A stretch of 64,000 nucleotides of DNA from Schmidtea polychroa (GCA_044892525.1 CM097885.1:17114001-17178000), one strand, 5' to 3'; shown: positions 13,800 through 33,651, counted from the stretch's first letter. Translations and numbers: made by a program. The notes: generated by a model not told the origin, from the letters alone.

Positions 13800-14445
13800 A
13801 ATTATTTTGTTTGTGAAAGGTAGTATAAAAACCAGGGAAACTAGTGGTTAATTGGCAATTAGTTGAAAAGGAAATTTAGAAGAGAATTATATATAAAATT
13901 TTCAAAAAGATAACGATGAAGTTTGTATTAGTCGATGAAATAAATTAAAGGTGTATCAGAAAAGCGGTTTACTCTTAGAAAGACCTATTTTAACACGTTT
14001 GCTTAAAATGCGGATAAAAGTAGAAAAATTCTTAACATTATTGTCAGAATTTGAGGTGAAATTAAATAACATCTATTGTATTGGGTATTATTGTTTTAAT
14101 TCAATTAAAGAGCACGTGTAGTCAGAATGTGGTACCGACTTTACAGTAATAGCCCAACAATATCAATCTGTGCACTGTATTAATTATTTTTAGTTCTCCA
14201 CTTCAATAAACACAATAAAGTTGTTGGGCTGTAAAGAAATGCATAAATAAATTTAAAATACTAAAATTCAAATGCAAAATTTTATAATTAAAAGTAAAGT
14301 TGATTAAACATTTGTTAAAATCAATAATTAATATTTTGCGGTAGGAAAGGTATGAGTGAGTTACTAATGAAATGCTAAGCATGAATATGTAGGTCCCAGT
14401 TAAAGATATTGCAAAGATAAAAACCAATTAATTAATTAATTAGTT
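13800..14445 (+). mobile_element. Two fragments of the TGTTGGG...CCCAACA gypsy LTR family
   Basis: A 3' part ends gtaccgactttaca...gCCCAACA at 14159. A 5' part starts TGTTGGGC at 14222. Both resemble the solo LTR at 31618-32463. Confidence 0.55.
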
Positions 14446-14481
14446 ATTCAAAATTATTTGTTGATAATCCCAAAAAGGTCA

Positions 14482-14899
14482 TGTGCAGTAGCATATGTTA
14501 TATTGAAACTTAATTAAATAGTTAGAATATCTTTATGGGAACCATTTTCGGTATTAGATCAAATATTACAGTTATCGGGAACCACTTGTTGCGAGATGAT
14601 CGACTTATTTGGACCAATAATCAAAATTATGTTGATTGTCTGGATTTGTCCAATAATTAGTTTCTATACTAAATGGTATTAAAGCAAAGACGAAAATGAG
14701 AAAAGACAAGGGATTTTAAAGATTCCAAGATATAGAGAAGCAAGAGAAAGAATGTAAAGGAGTCAGAGAAATTCTGAAGATGCCAGAAACTATATAAAGC
14801 CCGAAATGAGAGATCAGAAATCATGTAACGAATAGAAGAATAATTATTGTTAAATATTCAATAAAAAAATTTAGTCAGTGTAACTCAATTTATTGTACA
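14482..14899 (+). mobile_element. Possible LTR remnant
   Basis: TG...CA bounded segment with ctatataaagc TATA box and downstream AATAAA. No TSD confirmed. Confidence 0.3.
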
Positions 14900-16723
14900 A
14901 TTTTGTAATTTAGAAATTTAGAAGGTATCATAAAATGTAATTTTAAAAAAATAGTAAATTTAAAGTTAATTATTTTTAAATATTCAGAAAATGATTTAAA
15001 ATATTGATCGAAGTCACAAAAAGGAGAAAAAATTACTACAATCACATAAAATAAATTTCCCGAAATTATTTGTGAATAAAAGCATTTTAAAATATCTTAA
15101 ATATCTGTATTTAAACAGAAATTTAATAAATCATTCTGCTTTTGACAATTAATCATAAATTACCTGAAATTTATAATAAATACGAAATTTTAATTTCAAT
15201 AAAATAAATTATTTTAAACATTTAAAATAATGTATATTTAATGAAGAATATAACTTTTAATATACTATTTGCACATATGTTCTCTTGTCTAACTTTGGTG
15301 TAGATTAAAATTGTGCCAATAAATAAATTTTACTACATTGTTGGAAGATCATTATTGTCAGTAAAGCATTCATGGAATCAGATCAATAATTGTTAATATT
15401 TTTATTCTCCGAACAATTATAATTATCAGTTTTCATTTGTAAACATTGGCAATTCCGTGTCAAAATTTATTATAGCCAAATGCACAAAAATTGAACTTAT
15501 TTTATTTTTCAACAAAATTCCTTAACAATAAGTTGGATAAATCTTATTAGATTGAATAAATATATTTTATTTGAATATTGTTTGCGTGAAGTGAAGCGTA
15601 AAGCGTAAGTATCAAATGACGTTGAGAATAAAAGCACATTTAATATTTAGATTTGAGTCTTCGACTCAATATATCAATTTAGAGAGGCACTGTTCATCTA
15701 CAATTTGTTCTATGTGAGTGAATTCCGTTGAAAATTGATGTGAACGACATAAACATTGTGATTTGTTTCGCCATGTCTGCTTTCAATAAATTCCTTTAAC
15801 AATAATTTGTTTTTTTATTATGAATATGAATTATTTCCCTTTATAAATTCATCCTAATCCCGGGATACTTAAAAAATGACCACATTTTATAAATGAGTAA
15901 CAATTTGAAGATGCCTATAGTCGATCGTCGACGCGGAGAATGAATATAAATTACCACAGAAGCCAAAGTATAATTATTGATTTATTTGATTAATATATTC
16001 AATTGGAATTTTCCATAAATTTTAAGTTATAATAAATACTTAATTATTTTCATATTATAAATTATACAAACAAAGCTAAAACAATTTATATTCTAAATAA
16101 AATAAATTACATGTTGAATTTAGAAACGATATGCTAATACACAAAAAATACAATCCATCTTTATAATAAAATAATTTTAAAAAACTATTAAAATTTTTTA
16201 GTACTAAATTCAAGAATTTATTTAAGAATAAAATAACTATTTAAAAACATTTTTCAGGTGAAAAGAAGCTTATAAACTGAATGGCAAATTTAATATAAAA
16301 TCTGACATTTGGAAAATTGATTTCAAAATTTATGATATTATTTATCTAATTTTGGTATCGTTTTTATCAACCATATGCGTGAAAAGATGAAAAATATTCA
16401 GATATTTTGTACTTTTTATCAAGGTCATCAACATATACTGCTTTAAGTGGCTTAATCGTCGGGACATTTCTTACCCTAATCCAACCCTAGGTGGGAGGGG
16501 AAAGTTTTTTCATTAAAATTTGTTCTTATTTGGTTGAAATTAAATATTTGACATTTTAATAAACTATAATTGTATAATTACATTGTGTTTGAAATAAATA
16601 TATTCTTAAAAGTGTGTTTTGTATTCAAATGTATTTTAAAATCTTGCTTAAATGAATCATTATTGTATTTGAATTCGTTGGAATTAGTCGTTATAAATAA
16701 AATAAAATTTTTAATTTTTTAAA

Positions 16724-16725
<2 letters not shown>

Positions 16726-16803
<78 letters not shown>
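16726..16803. repeat. (ATT)n microsatellite
   Basis: Direct reading. Confidence 0.95.
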
Positions 16804-17671
16804 TACATATATCTTCCAAATTTTACCTGGTAAATACCATAAAATCTCAGAATATTAAATGAGCGAGCTGCAAAATTAATTCATGGATGAATGATTCGTA
16901 ATTAAGTGTAGAAAATAGAATTCTTGCCTTCTTACACGCACTATTCCAGCATCAGCCGAAGTTTTAACGCAATGAAATATTTTAAGTTTTTCATTTAAAA
17001 TTTGATTGCTGGATAAAATATCCGTTTGAATTATTCAGATGAGAAAATTAATATTTCTATTAAAGAAATTATTTTTTTTTAAATTTTCAAATACCAAATA
17101 TTCCAGTATCCCAACGTTGGGGCGATTTCCGGGCGATAAAGAAATGAATTTCGAAATGTTTATTAAGAATTATGTATAATTTTAATTCATAAAAATAATC
17201 ATGCAAATCGCCAACCTGCGGATTGGTGGCGCAAGCAGAGTATTAAAAAGAAAATCAGCTCGACTAAATTCTACATTTTTTGTCAAAGATAAATTTTTCT
17301 ACCTAATTGTGACTTTGAAATTTAGTCAGATATTATCAATCTGATTTGCAAATGTTTTCCTATACAAAATATAGTTTGAGGTGGACTTCCGTTGGATTAG
17401 TAGTTGGATTGCTTACAAGTTGTATCAAAATACATTATAGAATTCGAATTGAACACGTAAATTATCAAATGGAACCATATGGTTGGTCGTTAAACTGAAC
17501 AAGCGAATTTGTATTGTGAAAAGCTACTTTGTTGAAATTAAAACTTAATTGTTCTGGATATTGTTATCAAAACGAACACTTGGACTCAGATTATTATCAG
17601 ATTTCTACAGAAATGGTTTTTAAACCCAACAATATCAATCTGATAATGAAGAAAATATTTTTTTTAGTGTT

Positions 17672-17718
<47 letters not shown>

Positions 17719-17790
17719 CCTGTTAGAGCCACTTGGAGGACAAGGTCTGACATCATATGTGGTCCCTATATAATGAAAAATATAACAAAA

Positions 17791-17856
<66 letters not shown>

Positions 17857-18347
17857 GAATTGTGAGAAAATTTTAAAAACAAAATTTTAATTTATTTTAA
17901 AATTATATCATTATTCATATAGAAATTATTGTTAGTTTTTTAAAAAAAAATGAATATTTAAAATTTAAAATTTAACAGTTTTTATAAATGATGAATTATT
18001 ATTGTCAATATTAAATATTTAGTAATTGTCTCCAAAAAATATGGTTTTAATAATAAATATTTAAAAGATTATTATTATTTTACAACTTGTACTGAAATAA
18101 ATTTAGAAATTATGAGTGAAGAGTTTAAGATGTTCATTTTATATTACATTTAAATAATGAGATAATGAAAAATAAAACATTATATGGAAATTGTGAAAAA
18201 TGACAAGAATCAAGATGCTTAAACAAAGTTTCAATTTTTCGGAACGATATTCTTAAATGAATAAACAATCAAAAGGATGAGTGCATTCGTGTCGTTAGCA
18301 ATCTCTTTGAGATATTAAAAATCTCTACAACCAAGAAATCACCACTT

Positions 18348-18532
<185 letters not shown>

Positions 18533-19927
18533 CATTGAAATTTCATCTAAATTTATCTTTAAAATTTATTTCATTAAAATTTTCATTAAAAATTTAATTT
18601 CTCAAAAGTTCGTGATTATTCGAACTTTTTGATAATAAATTTAAAATTATTACTTTAATTTACTTATTCTAGACCGTTCATTACTTAATTTTTAAATTTA
18701 CCCTTAATTTACTTAACTCTAAAATTTACCCCTAAACTTTTTGATCGTTTGGTGTAATATCAAAATAGTGTTGTTTGGGGCCCCCATAAATTAAGAGGCC
18801 CATGTCAAAAGACTTCCCTGACCACCCTCTTCTGGGCTTATATATGTATGGAGATCAGCTATAAAACAGGACAGATAATTTTCATTTGTGGACTAAATTT
18901 AAATTAACTTTTAAATAGCCATTGTAATTTTTCATAAAAATAAAAGAACATAATTTTGAAAAATGTATTTTTGCAATATATTTTTTCTAATAAAATCTTT
19001 GGTTCTAAATTTGTATTAGTGTTTATTTTTGAGGAATGTCTTATTTGTCATATAAAATAAAACATTTATTCAAATCATTCATATCATCTTCTTCTGGAAC
19101 ATCATCATAACTCATCAAACATCGAACTCCACCTTGAATTTCTTACTTCGCTATTTCCTGTAATGATTATGTAATGATTAATAAACTTATCAGTATAATT
19201 ATTTCTGTTGAATTTGTTTATTACTTGATGCTGACAGTTAGCTGGCAAAATATATAGAAAAAAATATATTTTCAAAAATGATGTTTTTTATTTATACTTG
19301 GTAATTTTGTTTTACTATTCAAATAGTTTTCTGTGGAATTCTATTGAAATATTTCACATCAACTCAAAAAGAAATGAAATAAAAGAATTTCATCATCAAT
19401 GCAAGTAAACAAATATCACAATTCACCATATATTTCTCAATTGAATATACATATGGGTAAAGAATTTAAATTCATTAATTTAAACAAAAATCCCAATAAG
19501 TTAATTAAGAAATATTCAAATCACTATTGTTTTTTTATGTTCATTTACACTGCAATCATATGAATGAATTTCATTTGAAAAGAATTAAAATTTCAACAAA
19601 TAACTTGAAGGGAAAATGTAATTGATATATTTGTTTGAGTAGAAAGTGTCTAAATATTTTCAAGCGAATGACGTCGAAGCATTCCTAGGCAAATTAGCCA
19701 CTTTATGCGATTCTGACAAATTAAAAGCCTATCATAATTTATATATAAAATAAAGACCTTTTCCATATGTTAATTATTTATTAATTTCTAAAACATTTTT
19801 ATTTTATTTCTTTTTGTTTATAATTAAAAACAATGTTTTCAAAACAATAATCCAAGGGCAAATAAAATGTAAGTTTTTTTGTTTGATAATTTTATTTTAA
19901 GAGTTTTATCCGTTGACTATTTTATTA

Positions 19928-20072
<145 letters not shown>

Positions 20073-21904
20073 TTCACTTAGTTTTATATATTTAAGAAAG
20101 CGCACAAATAACCAATTTAATTTAAAAGAACGTTAAGAAATTATTGATTTGAAAATTTTTAATTATTGATTATAATAAAATATATTTTTAATTTGAAATT
20201 AATTTATATATAATTTTATTAAATAAGTTTTTAAAGTTATTAGAATTTTGTTTTCATTTTTTTAAATTTTGTTTAAATCGTTAATTTATTTATTATGCAT
20301 TTAATAATTTGTATTGCTATTCTTTATAATGGGGGTTTTGAAACTGCATTACGTGTATGTGTAACTAAAGAAAGGTTAAAACCCCTTGATTGAATCAGTA
20401 TTATTTATGTTTTAATGTGGTGAGATTTAGACTTCTTAAGCTTCAAACCTCAAGCTTTATATTATTGTCCTTTCACATTCCAATATAAATAGAGTGTCTA
20501 AGTACACTATCAACCTCTTCCTACCACGAAATGATTCATCTGTTAATTTTATATTTACGCTTTTATTACCTTGAATTAAAGAAAGTTAAAGAAAAAGTTA
20601 AAAAAAGTTTAACGTTTATTAAAATTTTATTTTCAAAGATTTTATCTGATTTATTTGATTATTCTAATATTATTTTCATAAATTTGTTGAGGATATATAA
20701 ATAATAAAATATAAATAAAAATAAAAATAAAAATTAATAAAATAATTGGGGGTAAACGAATGACAATGAAAGAGGATATTGTAGCAGACCTCGAGAAAAC
20801 TGAAAAAAAGAAAAAATCGAAAAATAAAAAGACATAGTAGAAAAAAATAATATAAAACGAAGTCACTAATTAATTGATAAGCGCACATGAAAATGAAAAT
20901 TAAAATGAAAAGATAATTTTCTTATTTCAATAGCTTGTCCGAGATAGTGAAAGAGAAATTAAGGAATCCTCAAAGAAGAAACCAGATGATAAAATTTATG
21001 AAAGAAAAATTGTAAAATTTTATTACAGACACAAATTTGAAAATTAAGTAAAGAAAACAATTAGTTAAATGATATTGATAAATTGAAATTGGGACAAGTG
21101 ATTAGCAGTGGTGAATTTTACGTTTCCATCGATGACTTGCTATTCCTCTCGCAGTGTGGCAATAAGCACTCAATAAAAACTGTTAAATTATTTTATCATT
21201 CTGTGAAGTTGTAATTGGTAAAGTGAAAATTAGACTGTAACTGTGCTGATCAATTTAAGTTCTTATTATTAGTAATCATTATTGTAATTTATTAAAACAG
21301 GTTTTGACGTCAGATATAGGGTTTGCACTAATCCCAGAAATCTTAAATTCCGTGATTCTGGATTGAAAGCTTTAATCCTGGGATTGTTATAAAATCAACG
21401 AGAGAATAAAAAACTATTTATTTAAAATTATATGATTATACCAACCTGGGGTTTGTATGAGCAAAAATACGGTATCTCATTTGAAAAGGAAAATTTACAA
21501 TCTAATAATATATCATAATATGTCATAATATTTCATGACTAAGTGGACTCCGAATTTTGGAATTTATCAAACTACTTATCAAACTACTCTGTTTGAGGTT
21601 TTTCTAACTGATTTGGAACCTTTTCCTGTGGTTTGGTTTAATTGCACACTCTTAACCTTTTCATTTTGATTACAAAAATATCTTCTTCACAATATATGTT
21701 CCAAATCTCATCAAAGGAGTAGCTACTCTAATAAGTCCACTTGTTAGATCGGTTGCATTTAATCGTTTAACATCCTCATCTTATCGATGCTTATTTGTTT
21801 CTTTTCATTCAATATATACTTTGCAGCGAAGGGTTTATATTATCATTTACTTGTTTAACAATTATAATAATAATAAATAATTATAGTAATAATAATAAAT
21901 AATA

Positions 21905-21910
21905 ATAATT

Positions 21911-21957
<47 letters not shown>

Positions 21958-22033
21958 AATAAGCAGAAGAAGAAGAAGAAGAAGAAGAAGAAGAAGAAGA
22001 AGAAGAAGAAGAAGAAGAAGAAGAAGAAGAAGA
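21905..22033. repeat. Compound (AAT)n-(GAA)n microsatellite
   Basis: Direct reading. Confidence 0.9.
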
Positions 22034-23013
22034 ATATTGAATGAGAACGGAATACTAGATAATAACTATAATTTTTTCATTATTGTTGTCCCTCTTTTAT
22101 TGCATTCTTCGTTCGCCTTTTTTGGATCGTTGAATAAAGAATATATTTAAACAAAAATATAAAATATATAAGTAAGTTTTAAGTTTATTTTTAATATTTT
22201 AAAACATTTTATTAAAAACCTTAAAAAAACAATTTTGAATAATGATTTTTAACAAATTTATTTAAAACAACAAAATAAAAACTCAAAATGTTTACAAATG
22301 TGTCGAAAGTAATCATTTATTTAATTTTCTTATTACCACTTGTTTTTTTACAAAGTCAAGGAGGTTAATTTTTTTATATTTAAAAATTCATTTTAAATTG
22401 CATTTTTGAAAAAGTGAAATGAAAGTCGATTATCATATATGAAGTAAGAAGCGATTAAAAAGTCAGTGAAATTTAAACAAAAAATTTAGTATTATATGAG
22501 TGACAAAGTGAAAGATTCAGTGTCTGCGGAGAAATGAGATCTTGACAGAATTTCAGCACATTGACAGAACAATCAGCGATTCTAGTATGAAACCGTCTCA
22601 TATATATACATTATAATTGTCGTAACAAATTACATAATAATTTAAAAGTATAAAGAGAAAATAATTAGTTTGTCACAAATTAATATAGATATGTTATGTT
22701 GCTGCTATTTTCTCCATAAAACACTTCCCAGATGTTGAAAATACGTCTTTCAAACTATTAAGTTTTCCAATCAATTAAAACAAAATAATAAAATATTTTG
22801 ATTAAATATATTTTTAGAGAAAGTGAATTCTAACAGTCTCTTATTAAAATAATAACATTAAAACTGTTAAATGTAAATTTCCCCATTTTCTTTTTATATA
22901 ATGTTTATATCGGTTTAATTTTTCATTTATTTGTTGATTAAATAATGGACAAATTACAAAGTTTAATTCAACCAATGACGGAGCAGTCAGTACGCAAAAT
23001 GTCCTAAAGTAAC

Positions 23014-23572
23014 TCATTCACGTATTTGCATATGTTTAATACCTGGACGGCGTGATTCCCTAAACGTTACAAAACTTTCGTGATTTTTTTTTTGTTCAAT
23101 TAATTGTTCAAATTGGTTTGTACTAATTTCCGTAATTCTGTTTTTCACAGTGTCGTTTGATAGCGATATGCAACTCAATTCTTCTGCAAACTTTTTGCCA
23201 TAAATAATTTCAGAAATTTTACAAGAGAATGGCAAAACAAGTTCCTCGCCTATCGTAAAAAGTTTACTACATTTGGCAATAAGATAACTTGCTTAATACG
23301 AAGCTCTGAGAACATTTTCATTTAATTTTAAGTGGCCTTTGAAAACTCGGTTTAAACTCTTACTTACTAAAGTTTCGTTGCAAGTCAAACACAGTGGTCT
23401 TTCTTCTCCATTGGTATTGCTAAATGTAAATCCAAAATTAAAAAAACGTTTCATTGTATTTCATTTTTCTTGTTTTTTTTGATGATTTTGTTTTATTTTT
23501 AGCATCCTTGCTTTGAGTTTTGTCTTGCGCTTCCTTATTACTGTCTCCGGATTGAATTAGCCACCTCTTCAT
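23014..23572 (-). pseudogene. hAT Buster/Charlie (ZBED5-like) transposase N-terminal remnant
   Basis: GFTFSNTNGEERPLCLTC and ASYLIAK...FTIGEELVLP...ISLSNDTVKNRI, with frameshifts and stops. Confidence 0.85.
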
Positions 23573-24039
23573 ATTAATTTCTAAAATTTAAATTTATATT
23601 AATAAGTTAAATTGAATTTCTTATTTTGATCAACAGCAAACATATTACCAGCACATAAAAATTAGCAAACATCTATTGTGAGGTGTTTTCAGCTGAGAGT
23701 TAAATATTTCAATGATTTATTAAGATAATTTAAAATGATAAATAAGGGACTATTAAAATAACTTTTAAAATAATTTTTAAATTGAATTTTTTAAATTGAA
23801 TTTTTTAAATTGAAAAATTGAAAAATTAAACAAGCTTTTTAAAAGAAGTTTTAATAGTAAATAATTTTTAAATAAATATATTTTAAATATCGAAATTTTA
23901 ATAAATGATTTTGAAATATTTTATTCAACGCTGAAAATTGGTTTGGAAATTATAGAATATTTCATTAAATAAATACTTGGAATTATGACATTAAGTTTTA
24001 AACCTGATTTAAAAAATAATTTAGAATATGTATTAGCAG

Positions 24040-27240
<3,201 letters not shown>

Positions 27241-27244
27241 GTTA

Positions 27245-27735
27245 CATTTATTAAGAATTGTAATTTTAAAATTTTATTAAAAATTTCGATAATTATTGGG
27301 AACGTGTGATTTGTGAGGCGTTATTGATAAAGTCATTGAATCCGAAAATTAATGTGCAGAACGCAGTGAATACTTGTGTTTTAGATGTTTTTAAAAAATT
27401 TTTGTATATTGTATGTATTGATTGTTGTTTGTTAAATTAATTAATTAATAAAAATTTTTAAAATTATTAATTTAAATTATTAATGTTAAAAAAATTTAGG
27501 AAATATAATATTGTATTATGTAATTTTAATTATGATTTTTAAAGAATGAAATGTTTTTTTAAATAATAAAAATTTCTTATATCATTAATAAAATTAATAA
27601 ATTTGGTTAAAATCCTTAATTTATATAGTTATTTTATTCCACCTGATGATGACAGGAAATCTCTGGAAATATATCGTGAAAAGAATATTTAATTGGCGTT
27701 TTCTTATAATTAAATCATTGCCATTTATGTTTAAC
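27245..27735 (+). mobile_element. Penelope-like element 3' end: GIY-YIG endonuclease C-terminus and pseudo-LTR
   Basis: Manual translation NFDNYWERVICEALLIKSLNPKINVQ...LDVF is typical of PLE endonuclease ends. It is followed by an AT-rich tail with a hammerhead-like motif. Confidence 0.8.
27636..27684 (+). ncRNA. Degenerate minimal type I hammerhead ribozyme
   Basis: CAC-CTGATGA-TGACAGGAAATCTCTG-GAAA-TATATC-GTG; stem II damaged. Confidence 0.55.
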
Positions 27736-27743
27736 TAGTTATT

Positions 27744-28043
<300 letters not shown>

Positions 28044-29674
28044 AGTCTTAGTAGTAAAGATTTTTTAAATAATATTCATTCTTATATATCCAATCAATCT
28101 AAAGCATCTCCAAAATCCAATTTATAAATGATTTACACCCTTTCACCTTCATTTCCGTCTTCGACAAGTTAAGGTTGATAGACCAAGAATCGACAAATGT
28201 TTTTCTCTTGTTTACAAAAGTTATATTATTCAATAAATGGTGAAATTAAAATTAAATAAACATTTTAAAATTATTAAATTATAAAAATTATTGGAATTGT
28301 TTATTAAAAAAAAGCGTAAATATTTATCAATCGAGTCGTTTTTAATATAATTTCAAAGTGATAAAAGCATATTGAAAATTACGTAACAAACAAATTAATA
28401 CTAATTAACAATAAACAATAACAATAACAACAACAGCAACAACTACAACAACAACATAACACGGAAAATGGACGTTCAGTTGTTTATATCAACGAATACT
28501 ATAAATTATAAAATTATTTAATTTCCTATTCATTAATGTTCCTAAAACAGAAAGACCCTCGCATTGATGATGCAGCTAAATCGAATGCAAAGGCCGTAAT
28601 TAATACAGTTCCCATCATCTGATCAAGCTGGTTGTTCACAGGCCACTAATAAAGTTAATAATTCATTTATTATAGGTACATACGACACGGCAGCAACATT
28701 TCCATTGCCTCTCCACCTAATTAATAGCTAATTCCCATATCCACATATCCTCCTGACATAATAAGACTCACTCAGTCTTTGTTGAGTTAACACTTGGTTA
28801 GTTCTGACACGAGTAGGGAAAGTTCTAAATTGTCTTTCAAAAAAAAATTTCATTTGTTGATAATAACTTTGTGTTTTTTTTATTCGTATTTTGATTGCTG
28901 TTGAAACATGAAATGTATAATTGTGAATTTGTTTGAAATCTTTCTGTTCTGATTGATCAAGGCGCGTTTTAACCGACTTTGATTTTGTTTAATTTTTGTT
29001 TAATTGATTTCATTTTTTGCGAAAATGCAGTTTTAATTCTTCTCCAAAACCATTTTCTAATTAATCGAGTTGTGGTTAAATAGTGAAATAATTGTCGGAA
29101 AAAATTTCGACTCTTCCGAAATTTTTTTTAAATTTTTTTAAAATTTTTTTTAAATTTTTTATTCAATTTTTATTATTGCTTTTTTAATTTTTTTTTTCAT
29201 ATATATTTTTCATATATATTTTTCATATATATTTTTCATATATATTTTTCATATATTTGTAGAAAGATTTGAAAATGAAATTCATGAAACATAATTATTT
29301 TAAAATTTTTAGAACATTAACAGTTTCATAACATTGCTTTGTAAAATTTTTATAAATTTTAAATGAATAAAATTTCATAGCATAAATATAATATTTCATA
29401 ATTTTTAATCAATAATTAACTGCAGTATGAATGAGAAAGTTGTTTGTTTGAATTAATTGAATTTTTAATTTTGCTAAGTTTAGGAATATATTTTAAAAAG
29501 ATCTCCCTGATCATTTTATATTGAAGATGAATTGTTTTTAGGAAATATATCTTCAAACGTGTTTAATTATGAATTTTATTAATACCCGAAATACCATGAA
29601 AGAAGTTTCTAATATCATGCAATTAAAAATTACAATATACAAAAAATGTGCATATTAATTTGTATTAAATTAAA

Positions 29675-29930
29675 TAATTAATAAAAAATTTTTAAATTAT
29701 TAAATTAAATTTTAAATGTTAAAATTTAAAAAAAATAATATCTTAATTTAAGTATAATTTTTTTAAAAATAATTATTGTTTTTATAAAATAAAAATTTTT
29801 TTTATATATGATTAATAAATTTGTTTAAAATCCAAAATTTAATAAGTTATTATATCCCCCTGATGATGACAGGAAAACTGTCAAAATATATTGTGAAAAG
29901 AATGTTTGATTGGCGTTATCTTATAATATT
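29675..29930 (+). mobile_element. Second diverged copy of the Penelope-like pseudo-LTR, with degenerate hammerhead at ~29857-29900
   Basis: Direct repeat of 27440-27715. CTGATGA-T-GACAG-GAAAA-CTGTC-aAAA-TATATtGTG: stem II intact, GAAA and cleavage base mutated. Confidence 0.7.
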
Positions 29931-30686
29931 AATTTAAATTAGAAAAATTAATTTAAAAAATCGAAAAATTATTATGGGCAGGTAGAGAACGATAAGTGAA
30001 TGACGAATATAGAAATTTTAAATTGACTGCAGCTTTCAGATGATAAAATTACGTAAATACAAATTAAATAGTTATTGGTGACATTAATTATTTTAATAGG
30101 AAAAAAGATCACCAAGTTTAATAGATAGTATGTTGTCAAACTGCGGTTTCGTAATTAAATATGGTACTCATTTTATTGATACGAATTGTCAAATTGGGTT
30201 TAATTATGATTAACCAATTAAGATCCAGATTTTTTTAAAATTTTTTTTTGCAGAAATAGATTCATTTGGTCATCTCGGTATATCCCCTTACATATGAGGT
30301 AATATCTTACAATAATATTTTTGTGTATGCAATATATTTCAATTCAATGATTGCGATAGGAAATTTCATCATTAGAAATACATAGTAACAAATAAAAAAT
30401 ATAAGCAATAGAGTCGTCATTTGACTACCATGGGTGCTAATGGGTTAATGTAAATTGCAGCATACAAAAAGGTAAACTTACTCAACTAAATTTGCCATTG
30501 TGTCGAAGATAAAATTCATCAAGCAAATTGCGAAATACATCGAGAATTAAAAATATTGTCTTTAAGATTAAGAAAAATTAAGCGTCTAAGTCTTGCCATT
30601 TTAATAGTAACATGCAGAGTCACATTATTATCATATTCTTAATTTCATTAATTTTCTAATTAATTGTTATTTATTTAAATGATTAT

Positions 30687-30913
30687 CCACTTGCCGGGCG
30701 CGCGCTCAAATATGAGTGCAAAAAATGTGTACCATTTCGGGTGAGCGTTCACATGTGAGCGCAAACTCATATAGAAAAAATAGTGAAAACAAACTCGGAA
30801 AATTAAAAAATATATATTTACGTTATATTTTGATTATATACTATTAATTAATGATTTAAAAAAATAGTTTTTTTTTGACCGAAAACATGAAAAAAAAATC
30901 GCTCGGCAAGTGG
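30687..30913. mobile_element. piggyBac-like MITE
   Basis: TIRs CCACTTGCCGGGCG / CGCTCGGCAAGTGG, flanked by degenerate TTAA (ttat / ctaa). Confidence 0.65.
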
Positions 30914-31617
30914 CTAATAAGTTTATAAAAGTTTCCGTTAAGGTCAAAACTATTTCAAAAAATTATTTCAATAAATTATTTATTCTAAAATTAAATAATT
31001 TATTATAATTTATTTGAATAGATTTACAAATTAATTTATTAATTTAATTTAAATATTTAAATTTACCATATTTATTAAAATCAACATTAAAATAACACTA
31101 AATAATTATTTATTTCACATTAATGGTAAATATATTTATCTATTGTATAACTTTCGCAAATAACACTGTTAATATTTCATTTAATATAATAAATTATATA
31201 TTTATAATTACAGTTTAGATCAGTGTTTCCCACAGTGGAGCATCACGCCTTAGAGGTGGGGCACCGCTCTTCAGAAGTTGGACACTTCAGCAATTATCAA
31301 CTATTCCACATATATTTTTTAATATAATATGCTCATTAACTACTAAATGTAACAATGTGCTTACAGCAATTTCATCGACCGCTATTTTTGCATACTGGTA
31401 ATAATGATTATCGACGTTTGAAGGCTATTTCAAAGGGCCGGTGGGGTATATAATAATTGAATAAATAATTATGTTTTATAAACACGATGACCAGTAATCT
31501 TATTTCAGTTGAGAATTGTTTAAACCAGATTATTAAAAAAAAGACAAACATGTAATTTTTTTGTTTGAATGCTGTTTGAAATAAATTGATTTTACATTTT
31601 TTACACTACATTAAAAT

Positions 31618-32463
31618 TGTTGGGTTTTTAATGTAAGTCGGTACTATGGTCTGACTCCTTTGTGTTCTTTTTCAAAATAGATAAATAACCCCACACAAAA
31701 TCTTTATTAACACTGATGCAATCACACTTTTACACTTTTATTAGTTTACTCACGCTGGACACAATCAGGTTTTGTCTGCACCTTTCAAATTGCCAACAAA
31801 TCTCAACTTTAATATTTCCTTTTCGCTCTCGTTACTTCGACTTTCTTTTGTTCGACCAACTGGCCGTTTTGTTTTCTTGCCAGTTGCTTTTATACCCACT
31901 TGGTAATTGACTTTATTTTTGCCAATTATTTTTGGTCTTACTTCCCCCCGGGCTTCCTCTTGGAGGTCTAATTCAATTTAAGGGAATTGGCTCATTTTCT
32001 TTGACGGCTATTATTACTCTTATTTTATCCGGCTAAATTAATTGCCTTCCCAAAATTGAATTTCTCCTGCTGAATTAATTGCCTTCCCAAAATTGGATTT
32101 CTCAATTCGCTCGGGTTTTCCATTGTATCGGGTTTCCCATTAGCTCGGGTTCTCCATTAGCTCGGGTTCTCCATTAGCTCGGGTTTCCCATTAGCTCGGG
32201 TTTTCCATTAGTTAATTAATTTTAAATTAATTTTTGTTTTTTGTAATTTATTCCTTTTAGGGACCCCCCATTGATTTTATTTTATTATAGCTGAACTCGT
32301 CTCATTATTTAGCATCCGCCCATACCAGTTTCCCCCAGAAAATATTCATTTTTTAAAATTTTTGATTTTTAATTAATATTTTGTACTTTAAATTTTTATT
32401 TTGAATTTGGTGTTTTTGTCAATTTTCACCTCATTTTTGTGCCTCTCTTGTTGAATCCCAACA
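31618..32463 (-). mobile_element. Ty3/gypsy solo LTR with 4-bp TSD
   Basis: TGTTGGG...CCCAACA termini with AAAT on both sides. Internal 17-bp (cattagctcgggttYYc) and ~38-bp tandem repeats; TATAAAA and AATAAA on the minus strand. Confidence 0.85.
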
Positions 32464-32480
32464 AAATAGCTAAAAATATT

Positions 32481-32565
<85 letters not shown>

Positions 32566-32784
32566 TTAGAAATAAAACGAGGAAGATATTTCCAAAGAAT
32601 AAATTGCAAAAATGTATATATTAAAACAAAAGGACTTTATCAAATTACTGTATAAAGCAGACATTCTACGAGTCATGAAAGAAACCTTGCGGTATTTATA
32701 ATTTAGATTGATCACTTCTGTGAAATAAAATATCGTGGTTAATTTCTTTCATTTTCATTTTTGATAAAAAGCATAAATTGATGA

Positions 32785-33651
<867 letters not shown>

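Noticed and set aside
28540..28770. Possible aquaglyceroporin-like fragment on the minus strand (DQMMGTVLI)
   Set aside because: No NPA motif, short and interrupted by stops.
29880..29895. CG-to-CA/TG changes in hammerhead and palindrome copies as evidence of DNA methylation
   Set aside because: Too few sites; a general AT-biased mutation pressure explains them equally well.
32110..32212. CRISPR-like short direct repeats
   Set aside because: These are head-to-tail 17-bp units without spacers inside an LTR; the context is eukaryotic and has no cas genes.
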